DNA of 64,000 nucleotides, from IMG/VR virus record IMGVR_UViG_3300030107_002332; one strand, written 5' to 3'. The notes beneath the pieces are model-generated. The model was not told the DNA's origin, did no database searches, and was given only the letters and a program-made list of their open reading frames with translations. The translations under genes were made by a program, and so were the position numbers. The first letter of the stretch is position 1; each line of letters opens with the position of its first letter. This document shows positions 58,301 through 64,000 of this stretch, in pieces. Source of the stretch: a virus.

Positions 58301-61300
58301 AGAGTTCCTACTGCATTATCATAAGGAATAGTATAGTTATTGATACGCTCATTAGAAGGGAATTTAGAATCAAATGCAGTAGCATTGTCTGTAAAGTCAA
58401 CAATACTAATCTGAGACTTAGAAATATCGTCTAATACAACGTTTGGATAAGTCTGAGAGGTAATTCTGTTGAATAGTAGACCAAAGAATGATGAACCTTC
58501 AGATATATTAACTTGACCAATAAATTCATTAGTTGTAGGATCTTGATATGCTGCAGTTGCAGTAACAGTAGCAACAACACCAGATGATGCACCAAGAATA
58601 ACATCATTTAATTGAATATCAAATAAACCAGGAGTTGATTGATAAGTACCAGCAGTCTTACTTAGGGTTAATGTATTAGTAACGCTAATGTCTGTACCGT
58701 AAATTGGAGTATTCTCTTGTACAGATTGAGCAGTAGTACCAAGTTGTCCTCTGGTAACACCTATAGTTGTAGATGATGATCCATCAGTAATACTATCAAC
58801 TCTGAATATTTCAGAACCAAACTGATAATTCTTAGTAGCAGTAAATGTTCCAGCTGGAACAGGACCAGGATCGCCAGTTAGAGGAACTACTTCAAATGAT
58901 ACAGTAGAAAGACCAATAGTATAACGAACCTTAGCTACTGGTGTTTCAGCACCAGATTCAAGGTTAATTTGTTCAACCTTTGCAGTATCTCCAGTTAAGT
59001 TAGTGATCTGCTCACCAAATGTGAATAGACCAATATTTGATACAGCAGTATTTGTTGCTAAGTTAGCAGAGAATCCAGTAGCACTAACAGTACATAATTC
59101 ACCAACAATAAAGGTTCCTTCAATAATATAACCATTAATTGTAGTACCAACAACTGTTGTTACAGTTAACTTTGCACCAGATGATATACCAGTTAATACG
59201 TTACCTAATGATGGGTAAATACCACTCTGATTAGTAAATGTAAGTGCAACAGTAGACTTCTGAGAAATTGTTATGTTTGCATACTTAACACTTGCTGGAG
59301 GTTGTGGTGGTTCGGAGAATACAATAGAGTCTTGCTGAATACTAAATGAAGTCTTAGGATTCTGTACAACACCATTCAATACAATCATTAACTGGTTTGC
59401 GTTTGCAACAACATTACCACCATCAACAGTTAGAGGGAATGAGATTCTCTCACCGTCAAATAAGTTAGAAATATCATCGACACGTTGTACAACAGAGGTC
59501 AAAATGTTCTCTGAAGATGTCAGTCTCTTCTGCCTGAATAGAACTTCAGTATTATTGAAGTCAGAGTAAATTGGTTCAACAAGAGCAAAGTTTTGAATAT
59601 TAGGAACGATTGATTCCTGAGCAAGTTCAACAGACTTAGTTAACTGGAAGAATGTCTCTTTGTTAGGAACAAATCCATACTCATTAAGGTTTAATTCACC
59701 AAATACTTTAAATGATGCAGGGTGAACGTTCTTAATAAGGATCTCTTTCCAATCGCTGATAGAAACAGCAGATTTAACAGCATAAGAGAAGTCCTGATAG
59801 TAGTAAGAGTCTTGAATCTTTTGAATAATTTCGGAAGGTTTACCAACATCATCGATAAACTGACCTGTTGTTTTGGTAATAGAACCAATTTCAAGAACAC
59901 CTTTAGCGATCTTCAGATCACTGATAGTACCTGAAGACTTAGAAATAACACCAGTAACTTTTTCATTTTCTGTAAATGAACCAGTGTAATCAACAATCTT
60001 AAGAATTCGAGGTCCAACCTGCCAACCAGAGTTAGTAGAAACATAACCTTGAGCAGTAGCATTTTCAAGTGAATCACCTTGATATATCAATTCTCCTTCT
60101 AAGAAAGTAGAAGTGATAACGTTAGCAGTAGCAGCACCACCAAATGATTCAGTTAATACACTTTGACGACCTTCACCAGCGTTAACGAAGGAAAGAGCAT
60201 CACCAAGAGCAGCGTTAGATGCAGTAATAGCAAGTTTTAACTGATCTGGTTCCAATGAGTTTGCTGTACCAGCAATAGCAAAGTAAGTAGTAGAAGCATT
60301 TAATCTACCAGTTGCACCAGCAGCAAGTGGGAAATCAGCACCATCTCCAGTATCAGTTACAGTAACTGTTACTTCAGAACCATTTACAATACCATGAGGA
60401 TAAGCAAATTGAAGTAATCCTAAGTCAAGGTTTACAACATAGTTGAATGAAGACTTAAGATTAATAGTTGGTGTAGATGAATAACCAGCACCAGGATCTT
60501 TAACAAAGATTTGATCTAATCGACCATTCTTGATAGTTGCTTCAGCAACAGCACCAGTACCACCACCACCTGTAATTACAACAGCAGGAGGTAAGGAATA
60601 ACCAGAACCTGGGTCAGTAACTGTAATACTTGAAAGTATACTTGTAGATGTTAACTGAGCGTTAATCGGGAAGGTAATCTCAGGACGTAAAGTATAGTCA
60701 TGAGGATAATCATATCCAAAGTTATTATTCTTAAGTTTCTTGATTTTTCCGACATTTGTACCCTTAGTAAAGATAGATGCCCCTGTACCAGCAGAAGGAA
60801 TAACAACTACTAATTCAGCACCAGATCCAGTTAAACCAGATCCAAGAATACCTGAAATTGAGTTAATATCAATAGTTGCAGTAGTATATCCTTTACCTGG
60901 ATCAATAACATCAACTTTTTGAATTTGACCTGGTATAGTAGTACCTTCATCATCAGTGCCATCAGCAACAGTAATAGAAACTAATCCACCTTCTCCATCA
61001 CCAGCAATAGGTACGTTATTGTATTCTCCAACAGCATATTCAGTACCTGGAGCATTAATTTGAACTCTTTCAATCTTTCTTGTTGATACAATACCTGTAA
61101 CAACTGGTAATTTAGTATAGAATCCACCAGAGTTAACAATACGGATATTATTAATAGAACCAACAGCTTTTAGTGAACTTGTACTATAACTTGTCCTACT
61201 TACATCTGCAGAACCTTCTGGCTCATTTTGTAGAGGGAATTTGAATATATCAGGTCCAGTAGTAATAGTCTGACCAGCAGTAGAACTAATTTGGAATGTA

Positions 61301-64000
61301 CCCTTATATGGAGAATCTACAACATCTAAGTAACTACCAGGAATTACAGGAGAATCATCCCCAGTTCTTGATGGGTCAAAGTAATATGAAATATTTGTAA
61401 CAACGCTTTGATCAACTTTCAGTTTAACTGTAGGTGTAGGTTGTCCTTGACCAGTTACACCAGGAGTACCAATTCTTTCAATAGAGTTGAATGAATATTC
61501 CAACTTATAAAGGTTATCCTTAGCAAATGATAGGTTACCCCCAACCAATGAAGAGTGACTTAGGTCAAACAGATACTGGTGACCATAATACATCTTCAAC
61601 ACAGGAGACTTAACAAATATACTAACATTACCAGGAGTGCTTGTCTCAGGATCAGTTATTGCTGCTTGAGGTAATTTGTAAGTAAATTCAAGTGAACTTA
61701 CAACAGTATCAACAGGGAATGCACCATCATACTCATCATATACAACACCACCAGAAGTACGTTCTGGGTTACCATCAATATAAAGCATTTCACCTGCATT
61801 GAGGTAATGCTTAGTAGCAGTAATTACATAAACTTCATCACTATTAGCAACTGCAGTTACCTGAAGAATCTTAGTAAGGTTTGCAACTAAAGTAATCTTT
61901 AGAACACCAGTTAAATTAACTATTGTTGCTTGAGAATAATCAGCATTATAAGAAATATCACCTGAATTGATTGTAACAACAGATCCAACAATATATGGTG
62001 AAGAACCAGAAACTTCATCAATTCTTATAGAGTAATCTGCATCAGCATATGGTTTGAATGTTGCAAATGTGTGTAGATTATTAGCTCCACCAACTTCTAA
62101 AGGATAACTTGAAAGAGGAATGATAAAGGTTCCAGGAGTTTGATTAACAACTTGTGCAAAAGTATATCCTATTATCTCATTAATATCATTAGGAATTGGT
62201 CCAACAATGTTATAAGTAGACTGCTCACTAAACTGAACTGTGCTTAATTGACCAGTATTAAGATCATCTGACCAAAGATTATTATTAACAGCAACATATA
62301 TCTTATTGTTATCATTATCAACTCTAATGATATAACCGCTATTTTTAAATGTAGATCCTGTATAAAGTTGTAATTTAGCACCAACTGTGAAATTAAATGC
62401 CTGATTAACAGTAAGAATCTGAATATTATCAATCTTAACAGTATCAGTAACTTTAAAGTAATATCTGTCTTTAACTACAGCAGATACCTTAAGTTTCTGT
62501 GAACCTGGAGAAGGAACAGTAGCAGTTCTTGAACCCCAAATATCCTGAGTATAAGTTAGAGTCTCAGTATCTTGAGACATCGTAGTTGTTGTATCGTCAA
62601 AGTCAAGAGTCTGTAAACCTGCATCACCTAAACTATATCCAGTAGCAGAAACAGTTATAGCAGAACCAGTAACAGGAGTTACAGCAGTTCTAACAAATCC
62701 TAATTTAGTATTAGTTCTTTCACTATAAGTTCCAATTCTTCCAGATTCAGCATTCTTATCAACCTTAATACCCCAACCAACATAATCAATATTATCATAA
62801 CGATTCAAGTAAGAAGTAAACCATGCATCATCTACCCAATCAAATGTCTGACTATAACTTGCAGTTGGAGGTAATGTTACAACATCAGTAGGAACTGTAG
62901 GAGTTACAAATCTATTCCTTAATTTAATGTTATCAATGTAGAATTGACCCTGCTTAGATTGAGCAAAATCAGTTGCTCCACTACCAAAACCAATTTGGTT
63001 ACCAAAGTATATGTTTTTAGTACCAAGAGCAGTATTTGATAATGTACCAGTAATAACTGCAATACCATTAATATATGCCTTGAACTCATTACCATTCTTA
63101 GTTAATGCTACAAACTGCCAAGAGTTATCAGCATACATGTTGGTCTGAGATGATGACTGACCAGAACCGCTTATAAGTTGTGTTGTGTTATTAGTAATTA
63201 CTAATTGTAACTCTCCACTACCATTATCATAACCTAACCATAGACCACCAGTAGCATCTCTTGCTCCACCAATACCACATAAGGTTTGAGCACCTTGAGA
63301 TAAAGTCTGTGATTCACTACCATTCTTATAGATCATGAACTCTAAAGTCCAATCACCAGCAAGAGTCTCTTTTAATGTAGTACCTGGAACACTTAAGTAA
63401 GAATTAACCCAAGTAGAATTAGAACCTGCAGGATTATAACCATAGATCTTAGCAAGGTTACCTGTATAGGTTATTGCATTAGTAGCACCAACAGATGTTA
63501 AAACATGATGACCTGTTATATCAACTTGCTCATTATTAGCAAAATCGTAGATAAATTCATTTCTATTCCACTGAGTTTGACCAAATACATGAACATCACC
63601 TGATTCATCAACATCAAGTGCATGTGCAGTTACACCCTCAATATTATTAATATTGAAATTATTAGTTGTATGATTCTTAATCTTACCATCATAACCAATC
63701 TTAACTGTATCTACAGTTGTTTGAGTATTTGTATTATTCTTTCTTGTAAATGCAACGTTTAAATCACCAAATAAATCAATTTCAGATGAAGTTGTTACAT
63801 GAACTTCTCTACCTGGAGCAAGATAACGATAATTCCAGATTAAAGTACCATCAGTAGAATTAACCTTACCAACCCAGAAACTATCTCTAGTTGTATCATC
63901 ACTCTTCATTCTGCAAGAAGCAGTAAGATAAATTTCCTTAAATTCATCAATACAAAGTGTAGAATCTAAGAATGAGTAAGTTGCATTACTAAATTCCTTA
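46366..64000 (-). CDS. Giant baseplate/fibre structural protein (>5,870 aa, 5'-truncated by the window)
   Basis: The frame stays open upstream of Met 63909 to the window edge (KEFSNATYSFLDSTLCIDEFKEIYLTASCRM). Contains two LamG-like domains, a gp7-like YYQDFSY...HPASFKVFGE segment, about 19 C-x-D-x-H-x-YPR repeats and a carbohydrate-binding-like domain. Confidence 0.9.
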   Translation of the reverse strand, partial: KEFSNATYSFLDSTLCIDEFKEIYLTASCRMKSDDTTRDSFWVGKVNSTDGTLIWNYRYLAPGREVHVTTSSEIDLFGDLNVAFTRKNNTNTQTTVDTVKIGYDGKIKNHTTNNFNINNIEGVTAHALDVDESGDVHVFGQTQWNRNEFIYDFANNEQVDITGHHVLTSVGATNAITYTGNLAKIYGYNPAGSNSTWVNSYLSVPGTTLKETLAGDWTLEFMIYKNGSESQTLSQGAQTLCGIGGARDATGGLWLGYDNGSGELQLVITNNTTQLISGSGQSSSQTNMYADNSWQFVALTKNGNEFKAYINGIAVITGTLSNTALGTKNIYFGNQIGFGSGATDFAQSKQGQFYIDNIKLRNRFVTPTVPTDVVTLPPTASYSQTFDWVDDAWFTSYLNRYDNIDYVGWGIKVDKNAESGRIGTYSERTNTKLGFVRTAVTPVTGSAITVSATGYSLGDAGLQTLDFDDTTTTMSQDTETLTYTQDIWGSRTATVPSPGSQKLKVSAVVKDRYYFKVTDTVKIDNIQILTVNQAFNFTVGAKLQLYTGSTFKNSGYIIRVDNDNNKIYVAVNNNLWSDDLNTGQLSTVQFSEQSTYNIVGPIPNDINEIIGYTFAQVVNQTPGTFIIPLSSYPLEVGGANNLHTFATFKPYADADYSIRIDEVSGSSPYIVGSVVTINSGDISYNADYSQATIVNLTGVLKITLVANLTKILQVTAVANSDEVYVITATKHYLNAGEMLYIDGNPERTSGGVVYDEYDGAFPVDTVVSSLEFTYKLPQAAITDPETSTPGNVSIFVKSPVLKMYYGHQYLFDLSHSSLVGGNLSFAKDNLYKLEYSFNSIERIGTPGVTGQGQPTPTVKLKVDQSVVTNISYYFDPSRTGDDSPVIPGSYLDVVDSPYKGTFQISSTAGQTITTGPDIFKFPLQNEPEGSADVSRTSYSTSSLKAVGSINNIRIVNSGGFYTKLPVVTGIVSTRKIERVQINAPGTEYAVGEYNNVPIAGDGEGGLVSITVADGTDDEGTTIPGQIQKVDVIDPGKGYTTATIDINSISGILGSGLTGSGAELVVVIPSAGTGASIFTKGTNVGKIKKLKNNNFGYDYPHDYTLRPEITFPINAQLTSTSILSSITVTDPGSGYSLPPAVVITGGGGTGAVAEATIKNGRLDQIFVKDPGAGYSSTPTINLKSSFNYVVNLDLGLLQFAYPHGIVNGSEVTVTVTDTGDGADFPLAAGATGRLNASTTYFAIAGTANSLEPDQLKLAITASNAALGDALSFVNAGEGRQSVLTESFGGAATANVITSTFLEGELIYQGDSLENATAQGYVSTNSGWQVGPRILKIVDYTGSFTENEKVTGVISKSSGTISDLKIAKGVLEIGSITKTTGQFIDDVGKPSEIIQKIQDSYYYQDFSYAVKSAVSISDWKEILIKNVHPASFKVFGELNLNEYGFVPNKETFFQLTKSVELAQESIVPNIQNFALVEPIYSDFNNTEVLFRQKRLTSSENILTSVVQRVDDISNLFDGERISFPLTVDGGNVVANANQLMIVLNGVVQNPKTSFSIQQDSIVFSEPPQPPASVKYANITISQKSTVALTFTNQSGIYPSLGNVLTGISSGAKLTVTTVVGTTINGYIIEGTFIVGELCTVSATGFSANLATNTAVSNIGLFTFGEQITNLTGDTAKVEQINLESGAETPVAKVRYTIGLSTVSFEVVPLTGDPGPVPAGTFTATKNYQFGSEIFRVDSITDGSSSTTIGVTRGQLGTTAQSVQENTPIYGTDISVTNTLTLSKTAGTYQSTPGLFDIQLNDVILGASSGVVATVTATAAYQDPTTNEFIGQVNISEGSSFFGLLFNRITSQTYPNVVLDDISKSQISIVDFTDNATAFDSKFPSNERINNYTIPYDNAVGTLVENENIRNYKIEYGNSNGDFIAGEDGRVRKLSFTNRIGDGFFNTGQVIRTRDTKAEVIGFNQARNIVYLGKIGRCKANGEDYFDFTFENAAAIDTAQKKFGTASLEFAAADYIVNASTDEIAFGSGAFTIEMYIRPATASVSGTADIFDTRASSANEVAFRLYLEAGQVRVNVNNSDLVTSGATTISANTWTHIAYVKSSTTGKIYINGVEAGTGTDSTTYVAKPIRIGADWNGANGFVGHVDEVRVSTTNRYTGAFTPVAGIFQGDANTKLLLHCDGNDGVNYIDDWSGVEGFTEGEFFNNDAILATVRDVAGKHIYNGSTAVNAITITANSVQKDVTDATYDPNTGDLVLTIGSHSFTTSDTLKIGANKLSFTCSKDNHQTSHTYPRVTDPAYDTTLAITAVSGTTLTVNVGIANNGFNKNTQRYINAGDLVLANLDFIAQEVVWLMKKRFPNFTVKGGSINCADDIVDVLKSVVDDIRNGSNSHIWDASAFYVDRTANPIQLKEIKSEVTESLWAFKKTQEMVQYIGTNTLWEVQGDHGLTQTTDTTITDSTTNSLTSITPTSAVYDPATGELTLTKSSHGINGASSLTASNAAYVANTGVLTITSNSHGLSNGDRIKLVDDSLTFTCSMDQDRSEHTYPRISDEASSGYLEVSGVTTNTFNVNVGPSPIKSFTPTSSTYDPETGWLKLGIGDHSLEVGTNVKIANNSLKYLCSMGGTTEYKTYPRTTDPIYNDSVEIVSDGVHSTATNASYTPTTGDLTITSGTNLTPTLASYVARTGIMTLTVPNHGMVLGDKVKIEDGAITFTCDMDDNATLHPYPRSSDPLSGDFINIANVTTNTFDVNVGASPLVSFNPSAVTYTPTTGDMVMTIGSHSLTVGTSVRFEPASLTFTCTKDSNATEHKYPRTTDPVYDAATTITAVTSTSITVNVGTANDATAGTHTFVPKAGTLTPTSVTYNPTNGLLAFTVAGHGMLAGQKIKIADNSLTFTCGKDNNATNHTYPRTTDPISGKFIDIQSVTTNTFTIQVLDVVPSTNTTTHSFVSAAANCVTRAVVTTGGDYTHTFVSARNNSVLSDKHGYSVGDKIRIAEKSLTFTCEKDNNATDHAYPRSTDPFYRRWLRINSLTDKTFTVNVGVSPDKSAHTFKSAYPNGIVKQDGSISIDVGKSPTVKHDMTNAAYTPANGNLVLTVGTHNLNVGQTVRLVDRALTFTCAEDSNASNHSYPRPFIDEFTPSTATYSGTTGLLVFTVNSHGVRVGDWIKIDDNSLTFTCQLDNNQTNHTYPRSTDPVSGKWLKVSAVTTNTFTVQVLQTIPSTNTSTHAFVSAVTNCIKQKRDRAYDAPIEISAVGTSNKTATGATYAPTTGVLQITSNGHGLTAASEITPTGAVYVPATGVLTLTKSSHGYTNGDRILIKEGALTFSCNKDNHESQHSYPRATDPSYLKWLTVQNVTTNTFDVNIGVANDQSTHAFISATTNGVMKANSQVKFDADSLTFTCTRDSNATNHTYPRATDPVANQWTPIVASTTNTFDVNVGITGFGDFAHTYVSATSNGIKVQDGTITLNVNTSSNTTTHAFVSAKTGGLIVGGNYDHTFIDANNTYTPSTVSYTASTGNMVLTVNNHGFKVGEHIKIADGGVTFTCAEDSNATNHAYPRSTDPISNRFVPITAVTTNTFTINVLQGTSPTNTTTHAFVSATTGCITRSVVSTGGDYTHTFVSAKANGIHKMGDAIKLDAGSLTFRCHIDGKRTDHAYPRVTDPAYTSALRVRKATTNTFTVDIGKSLGDTIDQPYTPTAATYDPATGNLVLTIGSHDITDDDSITIDDNSLTFTCAMDNNQANKTYPRTNKDEFSAKAIPVASVGTSSLTPSTANYEPTTGILRITSASHGLVAGDRVKFDADAITFTCAQDSNGSNHAYPRVTDPTYNRWLDIFAITADTFEVNVGISSNITAHTFVSATSGGVKRQTGTITVNVNPAGTNQTFTPSAATYDAYTGDMTLTIGSGHGISVGSSITVANNGLTFNCTMDGGSSNKTYPRSTDPYGNLKSIPVKHVGHTHHTPTNVSYTPATGAATITLANHGWSNGDWVMIVDNALTMTCSLDGNQTDHSYPRATDPYQNKWMQISNVATNTFDVNFGISSDTTTHTFKSFATKGLRRKTGVITVNVGSSPIIGHEVSAASFTPASGLLVLTIGDHNLTVGTSIRIANNSLTFTCAQDSHGSNHTYPRANGQGGASADDPAYNDAVNITAVTGNTITVNVGTSSNTTAHTFVSANSDFTATNAAYNPTTGVMTITVANHGFVNGEKVKIADNSLSFTCALDGNTVTKTYPRKSDPVSGKWVTISGVTTNTFDVQVLDAVPSTNVMSHAFQSATANGIKRAVISSGGDYTHTFVSATTNAVAFLPQSAHTFVSAKYGAVKKVKNTHQLVSIANNAVSVLDYSWADCTDVYTTIDNLMDILVDTVTQANLSPAVDHLATVTKLTPKHDFLGGKVSAYYEVPFPISYHDATNDIIVTNQIDETTRNRFRDAAALIRANTGPIVDKTSHDMLTLYPDLVLEMPRNVGGTQDGTLQCKTDLTLLLEEFCKDIEDGGNLNSTNVGKFYLGTNDVLLHIRLQVFQSVYAHNRLAHYMKQAITGDLTYDNTDDIIVGDWGITQDGGGCANVKSAIDTLVTSVNDIIAPTDNDYAIAADRLYFNRKYIAEEITGLITAEFTYVLNSVNYNAHTYPEGALGEGKCQRDIKLIILGIISDLQTGGNNSTVAAMEYYLTSAGNLNHVETELLATVYGIEQIKIIGEHALRNRLVALNGTSTAQQYVAQHTDEAPYTDSLSPVAIEDVVRRLEELTDLAVDILAPAKMEGRGAAKNLLYNRNYYKEEITTLVNSQFGAGAWTYNTFIDQLVDDTVHDIITTDMTKNSVARNIAIGDITGNFKVGETVTSDGGGTAIVREYNIDTEFFVCSTVTGTEWKDYDVLTGNDSGATATIDPAGIGNSYKWYDSVSNVKTLGSARLITSNVSGQLAGTNLLTNPEQFSINWTGTEVSFTDDALLAPDGTLTADKLIASSTNADHTIHRVYNLSAYDTFDDDTIKWDANNQRFDEGASGTSPTQQYTYSVFLKKGEYDNARVMLSLNYGTAAVQNAFFDVALDTGVVGTLFTPQNGVTGDAYGVVPLGDGWYRAYITLTFSFGFAEMRAQVYVKNASGAQTYAGNNSDGLYVWGAKLNKNALDPYQSQDAKIFYSDAEYNIKNYALDLMETYMSQALNNGLTSPSPNSGFYKAFYDEAAAWYDADSASAIVRYCLDIIRQQLTVDSSYTNYISVNGVSLPTKTYGTRSIPQGVGGGIQNADYMYGLLSNTYGELENLTLNEGKIVQVFQRFRIDGDITDGPYTMGETVAKQGAPSITGVVYGFWSDANYKYLDVKVTAGPWAITDNVVGAENSTTAQISAIESRIHVIDLKGEFEDNVPFKGYTSGATATPTGFLRREAATLDNTGGTLTVDTATLTGTFETTAVVYPESSRQYLDVVKYAGLDIGVGARIASNGYIRLGVTVLSGLNNFTVGNRLYKVVSGIQDQNTYGIITAVDLDNSFIYMQEYQGTITNGDVVGDYGAGLSNPVGYASINTKVTTAGAAAAVVQDIRTVGVNRRLYLSSIKGTFDPKDSIKGPDGYASVIEDIVSLKARVKRSFKGFDGTTTNFKLTQQNGTPYLPDPAGHLLVFINGILQPPGASNAYTAFSDEIQFQEAPDLGASFTGFYVGKLRQLDDISFEFDSLRQSFNLKRNDVFYSLTLTEGVQSSTIRPENNIIVSLNGVIQEPGIGFEIVGSRILFSEIPRVGSTFVAFSYVGSEADVDAAEVVPPVEPGDFIDIQGETSDREVAVIESSNSLITFDYLGSVFGSGAIANANLTSGTLKDVQVTSGGSGYTTRPTVRIDSISGFEGAIRALVGVGGVEVSNPGSGYANPTIAVETSVPDDWTAPDLSLYGEEPVDPETPL
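51030..57300 (-). repeat. Array of about 19 ~90-aa modules with the consensus Y.P.TG.L..T...HG...G..I.I....LTFTC..D.....H.YPR.TDP......I..VT.NTF.VNVG....H.FVSA
   Basis: I counted 19 YPR motifs preceded by a Cys: one isolated copy near 57100-57300 and the main block at about 51030-56620. Confidence 0.9.

Overview
A 64 kb slice of a T4-like marine cyanomyovirus genome (AT-rich, resembling Prochlorococcus/Synechococcus myoviruses of the P-SSM2 type). All credible long genes lie on the minus strand. In transcription order (high to low coordinates) they are: a giant (>5,870 aa, 5'-truncated) baseplate/fibre protein; a gp9/10-like connector; a 1420-aa baseplate protein; gp8; a VrlC-like 2405-aa baseplate protein; two small genes; a 2495-aa fibre in the wac position; gp13, gp14, gp15, gp16; an accessory block of small genes with an SNase-like nuclease; gp17, gp18, gp19, gp20, a core-like protein, gp21, gp22, gp23; an accessory cassette (truncated class II aaRS-like gene, atypical tRNA, two small ORFs, purM, 2OG-Fe(II) oxygenase); gp3, two overlapping ORFs, uvsY, uvsW, a conserved hypothetical, gp55, pyrE and the start of gp47. 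The strongest candidate for an undescribed system is a 265-aa AsnRS/AspRS-like catalytic core with no anticodon-binding domain whose stop codon lies 8 nt upstream of an 88-nt tRNA. That tRNA has an Asn (GUU) anticodon, U1-A72 and G73, but also a class II-type long variable arm and U37, which suggests a possible phage-encoded orthogonal or non-ribosomal aminoacylation pair. Other notable signals are nested ('matryoshka') domain architectures in two fibre proteins, putative type 1 copper sites on baseplate proteins, overprinted reading frames with stop-avoiding codon choice, and an interlocked divergent sigma70 promoter pair upstream of gp55. All family assignments come from motif recognition by eye; no database searches were run.
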